From the IMG/VR virus record IMGVR_UViG_2675903433_000022: DNA of 64,000 nucleotides. One strand, given 5' to 3'. Each line of letters begins with the position of its first letter. Position 1 is the first letter of the stretch. The notes below the pieces were generated by a model. The model was not told where the DNA came from, did not search any database, and was given only the letters and a program-made list of their open reading frames with translations. The stretch is from a virus (Duplodnaviria > Heunggongvirae > Uroviricota > Caudoviricetes). The translations under genes were made by a program, and so were the position numbers. Of the stretch, positions 57,178 to 64,000 are shown one piece after another.

Positions 57178-60100
57178 CTTCTCACTTGGGGAGTCGGCTC
57201 TAAAAGCAGAAAACGCGGTGAAGATTGCCAGAGAAGCTGGCTACACCGCTGTAATTTCAGCAGATAGCATGAATATTGCGAGCGTTATTCCACTACAACG
57301 TGCCGCTGGTGACGACATGGCGGTTATTTGTGGTGTGAAACTAAACATTGTTGATGATCCCACATACGAGCACCGGGCTAAACTTGCTAAAGAATCTATG
57401 AGATGTATGGAATCATTAGAGCGGGGACGTAACTACTCGTTTACCGCTCTAATTAAAAATGAGCAAGGATATCGCGACATCTGCGAACTAATGACGGTGG
57501 CCAACACACGAGAACAGTTCTACTTTGTACCGCGTCTCTCGCTCGAACAGTTGGTTTCTACATATGCCAAAGGCAACATCATCCTGCTCACTTCCGACAT
57601 CGGTAGCGTGTTCCAACGCAACGATTTTGCAAAAATCATAAGCTCACTGATTACAGCGGGCGGGAAAGACAACTTCTATAGCGTGGTTTATCCGCACCCT
57701 ACCCCATTCTACGACCAGATTAACGTCCGAGCGATGAAAGTAGCCAGCGCACTGAAAATAGAGCCAGTAGCGTTCTATCCCGCTTATTACGAATCGATCG
57801 ACGATGCAGACATTAAAGACATTGCGCACATGGTTACGAACAACATAAAAATCGACCAGCCGCATCGTCTGCGTATCCCCCACCAGCGAGATAACGCCGT
57901 CAATGGTCGCCGCCATCTCCTTGAGGCGCTTAAAGCCTTCTCCGTTCGCATGGATGTGCCGGTAACAGCTGCAATGGCCTCAACAACGCAGGACTCCATT
58001 ATCGAAGCCTGTACATGGCGCTGGCATGAATTGCCACCAGCACTGCCCAAGATGGCAGACGACGAGCCTGCAACGCTGATGAAACTGGCTGTTGCAGGGC
58101 TGCGCAAACGTCTTACCACAAAAGAGTTTGGCTACACACCACCGGCTTCTGAGAACAGGGTTTATGTTGAGCGACTTAAGTACGAAATGGACACGCTTAC
58201 TCGCCTGGGATTTTGTGGTTACTTCCTGATGGTACGCGATCTGATGAATCACAGCCGTGAAACTGACATTCCTGTCGGGCCTGGTCGTGGTTCCTCTGCC
58301 GGTTCTCTGGTGGCGTGGTGCATAGGCATAACCAACGTCGACCCAATCCGTCACGGTCTTCTGTTTGAGCGTTTCATCAACCCTGAGCGTCTCGACTTGC
58401 CGGATGCGGACTTGGACTTCAGCCAGGCACGTCGCCATGAGGTGATCGAGTATCTGAATGAACGCTACGGCGAAGATTACGTTGCAGGCATTCCGAACTT
58501 CACCTACCTGGGCGCAGCCTCTGCACTACGTGATACCGCTCGTATTTATGGTGTGGAGTCCGCAGATATGGCGGTATCAAAAGAACTGAAGAACGTCGAG
58601 GATGATAGCCTTCCATTGGAAGAGCTGCGCGAACAACTGGCAAGTCTCGACAAATACGCAACAAAATATCCTGATGCATTCAATGCAGCCTGCAAGTTAC
58701 AAAGCCTTATGCGTGGCTTTGGTAGACATGCGGCAGGGATGATCGTAGCAGGTGTTCCTCTGACAGAACGTACACCGGTTGAGCGCCGTGGTGACGCGCG
58801 TTGTATCGCATTTGACAAGCGTTACTGCGAGGCTATGGGCCTAATTAAGCTGGACGTGCTTGGCCTGGCAACTCTCGATTTGCTCGATAGTGCAAAACGC
58901 TACATAAAAGAGAACACAGGTGAAGATATCAATCTTGATGCCATTTCTCTTGAAGATCGCAAGGTGCTGGATGGTTTTGCTGCTGGGTACACTCAAGGTG
59001 TTTTCCAGCTTGAATCAGGCCCAATGCGCAAGCTGCTTAAAGATTTAGGTGGTGGAATTGAGCCAATGAGCTTTAAAACGGTCGTCGCTACGACTGCACT
59101 CTTCCGGCCGGGGCCAATTCAGTCAGGCATGTTGGATGATTATGTTTCTGTCGCCAAAGGCTTTATGACGCCGGAATCATTACATCCCGTTCTTGATGAA
59201 CTTACCGCAGAAACAAATGGCGTGATTCTCTATCAGGAACAGACGATGAACGCGACTCGATTGCTTGCTGGCTTCACAATGGCTGAAGCTGACGGCGTTC
59301 GTAAAGCGATCGGCAAAAAAGACATGGAAAAAATGAAGAGCATGGGCGAGAAGTTCATCGTTCAGGCTCAAGCTGGCTGGATAGACGTTGAGCTGGAAGA
59401 TGGCACTACACAGCGCATTCACCGTGCGGAACATTTTAAATGCGAAGACGGAACTCTGAAAACTGTCGAAGAGGCACTTGAGCACGGCGCAAAACTACCT
59501 ATAAACGCAGTACGCGTTACAGCGTCACATCCAGGGCTATCAGAGATGAAAGCGAAGGAGATCTGGACCGCATTCGAAAAAAATGGTGCCTACCAGTTCA
59601 ACAAATCACACTCTGTTGCTTACTCCTTAATCAGTTATCAATCTATGTGGTTGAAAACTCATTATCCCGCAGAGTTTTTCGCTGCTGCTCTCACTATTCT
59701 TGGCGAAGATAAACACCAAGGGCTGGTTAAAGATGCGCTGACCTATGGTATTCGCGTATTGCCACCAGACGTTAACGTGTCATCTAACCGAATCGAGATC
59801 CGCACGCTTGAAGATGGCAGCCAGGTGCTGTATGCGCCCTTCTCTGCTGTGAAGGGGTGTTCTGAGAATGGCTGCCAGGCCATCATGAGAGCGCGAGAAA
59901 AGGTTGGTGGCAAATTCGAGTCACTTGCGCAATTCGAAGAAGCTGTCGAGAAACGTGCCTGTAATAGTCGAGTGCGCGAATCGCTACAAAAAGTAGGGGC
60001 GTTTGCATCCATCGAGCCAGGTAGTCTGCCAGCAACTGATCCAGAGCGCCTACGCGACCAGGCTGAATTGATGGGAAACCTTGTCATAGACGCAGTTAAA

Positions 60101-60670
60101 GCCTCACGTCCGTTTGAGATGAACCCCAAACGTTCGGCTGAGATTAACGTGCTCATGACACGGATAGCGGCTGAAATGGGCTTAGGTGATGAACTAATCC
60201 GCCCCAGCATTGGTATTAAGCCGAAAATCATGATCATTCTGGACAATGCGAACGGCAATGATGCTCGAACCGGTTACTTTATGGAGAACGGATACGACGA
60301 TTTTAAGGCCAAGCTGTTGACGGCTGGAGATTTGCGCATGGGCGATCTGTATGTCACAGGCGTTTGCAAAAAGGTGAAAGACAAAGAAAAGGACTACACC
60401 AAAGACGAGATCGGCCAGTTCACCGACTTTATGCGTGAAGAGATCAATCTGGTACGTCCGACCTATGTGCTGACGTGTGGCAGTCGGGCAACGGCATTGT
60501 TTAACAACAAAAACAAGCCATCCGATTTAGTCGGTAGGAAGGAGTATCTTCCAGACCTTGACGTTACAGTCTTTTACGGGTTTAACCCCAACATTCTTTA
60601 CTTCAGACCTGAAGAGGGAGAACGACTAGAAGCGATATTAGCCGACGTAGCAGAAACTATTAAGTCGTGA
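57152..60670 (+). CDS. DNA polymerase III alpha-like (DnaE-family) replicative polymerase
   Basis: DnaE-like segment GPGRGSSAGSLVAWCIGITNVDPI; 1172 aa. Confidence 0.8.
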   Translation: MKALMVRTDFSLGESALKAENAVKIAREAGYTAVISADSMNIASVIPLQRAAGDDMAVICGVKLNIVDDPTYEHRAKLAKESMRCMESLERGRNYSFTALIKNEQGYRDICELMTVANTREQFYFVPRLSLEQLVSTYAKGNIILLTSDIGSVFQRNDFAKIISSLITAGGKDNFYSVVYPHPTPFYDQINVRAMKVASALKIEPVAFYPAYYESIDDADIKDIAHMVTNNIKIDQPHRLRIPHQRDNAVNGRRHLLEALKAFSVRMDVPVTAAMASTTQDSIIEACTWRWHELPPALPKMADDEPATLMKLAVAGLRKRLTTKEFGYTPPASENRVYVERLKYEMDTLTRLGFCGYFLMVRDLMNHSRETDIPVGPGRGSSAGSLVAWCIGITNVDPIRHGLLFERFINPERLDLPDADLDFSQARRHEVIEYLNERYGEDYVAGIPNFTYLGAASALRDTARIYGVESADMAVSKELKNVEDDSLPLEELREQLASLDKYATKYPDAFNAACKLQSLMRGFGRHAAGMIVAGVPLTERTPVERRGDARCIAFDKRYCEAMGLIKLDVLGLATLDLLDSAKRYIKENTGEDINLDAISLEDRKVLDGFAAGYTQGVFQLESGPMRKLLKDLGGGIEPMSFKTVVATTALFRPGPIQSGMLDDYVSVAKGFMTPESLHPVLDELTAETNGVILYQEQTMNATRLLAGFTMAEADGVRKAIGKKDMEKMKSMGEKFIVQAQAGWIDVELEDGTTQRIHRAEHFKCEDGTLKTVEEALEHGAKLPINAVRVTASHPGLSEMKAKEIWTAFEKNGAYQFNKSHSVAYSLISYQSMWLKTHYPAEFFAAALTILGEDKHQGLVKDALTYGIRVLPPDVNVSSNRIEIRTLEDGSQVLYAPFSAVKGCSENGCQAIMRAREKVGGKFESLAQFEEAVEKRACNSRVRESLQKVGAFASIEPGSLPATDPERLRDQAELMGNLVIDAVKASRPFEMNPKRSAEINVLMTRIAAEMGLGDELIRPSIGIKPKIMIILDNANGNDARTGYFMENGYDDFKAKLLTAGDLRMGDLYVTGVCKKVKDKEKDYTKDEIGQFTDFMREEINLVRPTYVLTCGSRATALFNNKNKPSDLVGRKEYLPDLDVTVFYGFNPNILYFRPEEGERLEAILADVAETIKS

Positions 60671-60677
60671 TCCAATA

Positions 60678-60707
60678 AACATGGCCTCTATGGCCATGTT
60701 TTCTCTT
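60678..60707 (+). terminator. rho-independent terminator
   Basis: AACATGGCC-tcta-TGGCCATGTT followed by TTCTCTT. Confidence 0.6.
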
Positions 60708-60796
60708 ATCCCCTCATATCCCCTATCCTCGAACTCCTTGCCTCATCATTACAATGATATAATCAATACAAAATGATAAGTGATAAGGAAATGTGC

Positions 60797-61228
60797 ATGA
60801 TCGCCGATATTTACGAGAAAATAATGTCTGATCTCGAGTTTGACCGAGACAATCTGGAAGAAGTCTGGCGTAGACAACCCCGCCTGTTGATGGAATATGG
60901 CTCAAAACTCGCCCATGCAGAAAGAAGTGTCGCAGAAGCAAAACTTAACCTTGAAGCTGTTGAAGCAAAGCTATACGACACAGAGCGTAAGAACTTGAGT
61001 ATGAACGGCATTAAGTTCAACGAATCTGTACTGGACGCTAAGGTTAAAACAAACCCACAGTATCTGTCTAAACGGCAGAAGTTGGATGAAGCACGGCACA
61101 TCGCAGACATATACAAACATGCTGTCGCCGCCTTTTCGCATCGCCGAGACATGATCGTTCAGGCGTCAAAGATGGCCATCGTTGAATTAGAGCGATTAGG
61201 CTCTGAACGCTTTATTACTCCCCGTTGA
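60797..61228 (+). CDS. hypothetical protein, possibly a UvsY-like recombination mediator
   Basis: Start chosen at third Met after AAGGAA RBS; predicted helical 143-aa protein next to SSB gene; UvsY resemblance is weak. Confidence 0.3.
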   Translation: MIADIYEKIMSDLEFDRDNLEEVWRRQPRLLMEYGSKLAHAERSVAEAKLNLEAVEAKLYDTERKNLSMNGIKFNESVLDAKVKTNPQYLSKRQKLDEARHIADIYKHAVAAFSHRRDMIVQASKMAIVELERLGSERFITPR

Positions 61229-61232
61229 TTTT

Positions 61233-61263
61233 TGATAGATAATAAGTAAGTACTGATCTATCA
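61233..61263. promoter_or_regulatory. palindromic motif site TGATAGAT-AATAAGTAAGTACT-GATCTATCA
   Basis: Upstream of SSB gene. Confidence 0.4.
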
Positions 61264-61345
61264 TTTAACAGCTCGAAAGAGCCACGAATGAACGAAAGCC
61301 CAACGCGCATAGCGCCATCGGCCAAATCACAACAAGGAGAAACAC

Positions 61346-62374
61346 ATGTCTAAGACATTACTTGATTTGCTTAACAAAACTCGTGAAGACATTGCCGCCA
61401 AACGTGGCAACAACGTTGATCTGACTCGCTTAAAAGACGGCGTCAACTATATCCGCATCTTCCCGAATAAAGACGACCCAAACGGTAAGTTCTTCCAGAC
61501 TTTCGGTATGCACTACGTTAAGTATCAGAACGAGGAAGGTAAAGAAGCAACCAACGCTTATATTTGTGAGCAACATACTCACGGTCGCGCTTGTCAGCTA
61601 TGCGAAATGGTGATGGAAGGTCGCGCTCGTCACAAGGGTAACAAAGCAATGGAAGAACGCATCGGTCAAATGCGTGCCACTCCTCGCTACCTGGTCAACG
61701 GCATTCTTTCTGCTCGTGAGGATTTCGCAGATGCTGAGAAATGCCAGTTAATCGAGCTGCCGTCTACTGTATTCGATGATATCTGCAAAGCAATCACCGA
61801 AGACATCGCTGATGATATCGGCAATCCACTGAGCAAAGAGGAAGGCTACGCATTCCTGATTAAACGTACTGGCTCTGGTCGCGATACCAAATATGACGTC
61901 TCGCCTAAGCGTAAAGTCTACAAAGGCGATATCGAAGATAAATTCTGGAACACCCAGCATGATCTGATCGCATACGCAAATCAGGCTGATGAAACTCGTC
62001 TTCTGTCGACAGTTCGCACTATGGGTCGTCTGATTGGCATCGCTGCACCAACTGCCGCAGCATCTGCACCAGCAATTTCCTCTACCGCGAAAACATCGGC
62101 CGCGGCACTGCCTGGATTTGGCTCTGTCACTGGTCATACGGAGGGTGCGACTGCTGTAGCTACCGCTCACACCCCAGCTTCTGAACCAACCAGTCTGGTT
62201 GATGAAGAAATCCTCCGTGCCGTTGAAACTGAATTTAAACCAGAGGCAAGTTCCGCTGCCGTTGCAGTATCAGTCAAAGAGTCTGAAGCAGTCGCAGCGA
62301 CATCTGTAGCAGCCGCATCTGCGACGGAAGATGAAGGTCTGGATGACCTACTGAGAGAGCTGGACTCTCTGTAA
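61346..62374 (+). CDS. single-stranded DNA-binding protein (T4 gp32-like)
   Basis: Zn-binding-like C-x2-H-x5-C-x2-C (CEQHTHGRACQLC); acidic C-terminal tail EDEGLDDLLRELDSL. Confidence 0.55.
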   Translation: MSKTLLDLLNKTREDIAAKRGNNVDLTRLKDGVNYIRIFPNKDDPNGKFFQTFGMHYVKYQNEEGKEATNAYICEQHTHGRACQLCEMVMEGRARHKGNKAMEERIGQMRATPRYLVNGILSAREDFADAEKCQLIELPSTVFDDICKAITEDIADDIGNPLSKEEGYAFLIKRTGSGRDTKYDVSPKRKVYKGDIEDKFWNTQHDLIAYANQADETRLLSTVRTMGRLIGIAAPTAAASAPAISSTAKTSAAALPGFGSVTGHTEGATAVATAHTPASEPTSLVDEEILRAVETEFKPEASSAAVAVSVKESEAVAATSVAAASATEDEGLDDLLRELDSL

Positions 62375-62390
62375 TCCCATTACGTGACCA

Positions 62391-62420
62391 GTAAGGCGTC
62401 TACGGACGCCTTACTTTTTG
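62391..62420 (+). terminator. rho-independent terminator after SSB gene
   Basis: GTAAGGCGTC-tacg-GACGCCTTAC followed by TTTTTGG; lies inside the 5' end of ORF-track ORF 62384..62707. Confidence 0.6.
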
Positions 62421-62434
62421 GAAGGAATGTACCG

Positions 62435-62704
62435 GTGAATTATCTCTTCGTAGATGGCAATAGCCTGGGTTATTACCACCAACAATCTGACAAATTGCAC
62501 AACGGTGAAATGGAAGTACAGGCTGCTTTCGGCTTTGTTAAGAACGTCCGTCGTTATGCCTCCATCCTCCATGCCCGACCTATGATTCTTTGGGATGGAT
62601 TTAGTGACAAGCGTCGCGACTTTTACCCGGACTACAAAGCAAATCGCGACGACGATCCTGATATGAAAAAGATGAAGGAAGGCTTTGCTATCCAGAAGCC
62701 ATAC
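62435..62704 (+). pseudogene. 5'-3' exonuclease / flap endonuclease (T5 D15-like), truncated by IS insertion
   Basis: GTG start after GGAAGG RBS; N-terminal motifs NYLFVDGNSLGY and YKANRDDDP; reading frame ends in the TGA formed by the IS terminus at 62705..62707. Confidence 0.65.
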
Positions 62705-62746
62705 TGAACCGCCCCGGGTTTCCTGGAGAGTATTTTATCTGTGAAC

Positions 62747-63634
62747 TCAGGCTGCCAGATCATTATTTCCGATGGAAGCATAATAAGCTTTTTCTGCTTC
62801 TGCCGGAGGAATATGGCCCAGCCTTTCCAGCAATCGTCGATTGTTATACCAGTCCACCCACGTTAGTGTGGCCAGTTCCACTTCTGTCCGGTTTTTCCAG
62901 CTCTTACGGTGTATTACCTCCGCTTTGTAAAGACCATTGATGCTCTCAGCCATCGCGTTGTCATACGAGTCGCCAGTACTCCCTGTTGATGCCAGTAATC
63001 CGGCTTCCTTAAGCCGCTGCGTGTAGGCCAGCGATACATACTGAGAACCTTTATCACTGTGATGGATTGTGCCGGACGGCCGACGGGCCCACAACGCCTG
63101 CTCCAGTGCATCCAGCACGAATGTTGTTTCCATGGATGATGAGACCTGCCATCCCACGATGTATCCGGCGAACACATCAATGATGAACGCCACATAAACG
63201 AAGCCCTGCCATGTGCTTACCCAGGTAAAATCAGCCACCCACAACTGGTCTGGACGTTCTGCCACGAACTGACGGTTTACGCGGTCGCATGCGGCAACGG
63301 CTTTCCGGCTGACGGTAGTGCGGACCTTTTTACCCCGGAGAACACCGGCAAGTCCCATAACTGCCATGAGACGTGCCACAGTGCATCTGGCCACTCTGAT
63401 ACCTTCCCGTAACAACTGACGCCAGACTTTACGCACACCGTATACCTGGTGATTTTCATCGTATACGCGCTGTATCTCTTTCTTCAGCCAGTCATCGTGC
63501 TGCGCACGGGCACTGCGTTTATCCGGATGATGTCGCTGTTGCTGACAATGGTAATACGTTGACGGGGCAATATGCAGTTCGCTGCATACCGGTCCGACCC
63601 CGTACTGCTCACGCAGCTTATCCAGCAGTGGCAT
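62747..63634 (-). CDS. IS3-family transposase OrfB (DDE integrase domain)
   Basis: 295-aa ORF with DDE-transposase-like segments (WVADFTW ... DKGSQY ... DNAMAES). Confidence 0.8.
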   Translation of the reverse strand: MPLLDKLREQYGVGPVCSELHIAPSTYYHCQQQRHHPDKRSARAQHDDWLKKEIQRVYDENHQVYGVRKVWRQLLREGIRVARCTVARLMAVMGLAGVLRGKKVRTTVSRKAVAACDRVNRQFVAERPDQLWVADFTWVSTWQGFVYVAFIIDVFAGYIVGWQVSSSMETTFVLDALEQALWARRPSGTIHHSDKGSQYVSLAYTQRLKEAGLLASTGSTGDSYDNAMAESINGLYKAEVIHRKSWKNRTEVELATLTWVDWYNNRRLLERLGHIPPAEAEKAYYASIGNNDLAA

Positions 63635-63960
63635 TATTTTTTCCAGAGGCGGTCGAACTCCGCCTTCGCAAAATAAGCGGAAGCCTGGCGAAGGATATCG
63701 TTACTGCGGCGCAGTTCACGATTTTCACGTTCCAGCTCTTTCAGACGCTGACGTTCAGCGGTGGTGAGTCCACCATCACCACTCCCGGTATCCCGCTCAT
63801 GCTGACGAACCCACACACGCAGAGTCTCTGGTGTACAGCCAATCTTTGGGGCAATGGAACAAATTGCCGCCCATTGTGAGTCATATTCGCCCTGACTTTC
63901 CAGAACCATACGAACTGCCCGTTGACGGACCTCGGGGGAAAAACGTGTATTTTTAGTCAT
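63634..63960 (-). CDS. IS3-family transposase OrfA (HTH)
   Basis: 108 aa with HTH and leucine-zipper-like C-terminus; overlaps orfB start as expected for -1 frameshift fusion. Confidence 0.8.
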   Translation of the reverse strand: MTKNTRFSPEVRQRAVRMVLESQGEYDSQWAAICSIAPKIGCTPETLRVWVRQHERDTGSGDGGLTTAERQRLKELERENRELRRSNDILRQASAYFAKAEFDRLWKK

Positions 63961-64000
63961 CCTGTTTACCTCTTTCTCAGGGAGTTTAGTCTCCAGGATT

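Larger units (their letters stand above)
62705..64000 (-). mobile_element. IS3-family insertion sequence (IS629/IS1203-like), partial: far end lies beyond window
   Basis: Terminal sequence TGAACCGCCCCGGGTTTCCTGGAGAG at 62705; orfA and orfB overlapping on minus strand; window ends in AATCCTGGAGACTAAACTCCCTGAGAAAGAGG leader before the other inverted repeat. Confidence 0.8.

Noticed and set aside
57152-60670. Reading the DnaE-like polymerase as a chromosomal host dnaE
   Set aside because: It is embedded between phage-type SSB, ligase, primase and AAA+ genes and preceded by the recurrent phage motif; N-terminal sequence differs from host DnaE as I recall it.
62384-62434. ORF-track start of the exonuclease at 62384 (MTSKASTDALLFGRN)
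   Set aside because: These codons coincide with the terminator hairpin of the SSB gene; a GTG with GGAAGG RBS at 62435 is the more likely start.

Overview
This 64-kb window reads as one contiguous temperate phage or phage-plasmid genome segment with a lambda-like siphovirus tail module; its 3' end is interrupted by an IS3-family insertion sequence that I recognise as IS629-like. All calls are from reading the sequence and the ORF track; no database search was run. Gene order, left to right: (1) small minus-strand accessory operons of unknown, partly envelope-targeted proteins (1-4 kb); (2) an SF2 helicase (4.2-5.8 kb); (3) a translationally coupled cassette of two ParB-like proteins, an ABC-type ATPase, a GNAT-like protein and a small protein (5.9-9.1 kb); (4) head module: terminase small and large subunits, portal, scaffold, major capsid, Ig-like decoration protein (9.2-18 kb); (5) lambda-like tail module V, G/T, tape measure, M, L, K, I, J plus a 1472-aa side tail fibre (18-36 kb); (6) lysis region with an overlapped spanin pair (37-38.7 kb); (7) a ParA plus small-partner partition locus (40.2-41.2 kb) and a GIY-YIG nuclease; (8) replication module: DnaB-like helicase, primase, ATP-dependent ligase, three tRNAs, glutaredoxin, integrase, XRE repressor, vWA and AAA+ pair, DnaE-like polymerase, gp32-like SSB, and a 5'-3' exonuclease truncated by the IS. 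The combination of partition genes, integrase and a large replication module resembles SSU5/pHCM2-type phage-plasmids, but that is an inference. The most interesting unexplained signals are: a palindromic motif (GATAAGTAAGTA / TAAGTA-N-TACTTA) upstream of about 15 operons; two copies of a 55-bp palindrome 33 kb apart; the five-gene ParB/ABC/GNAT cassette; repeats around the tRNA cluster; and a family of tiny membrane proteins after the ligase. I could not identify any known defence system with confidence.
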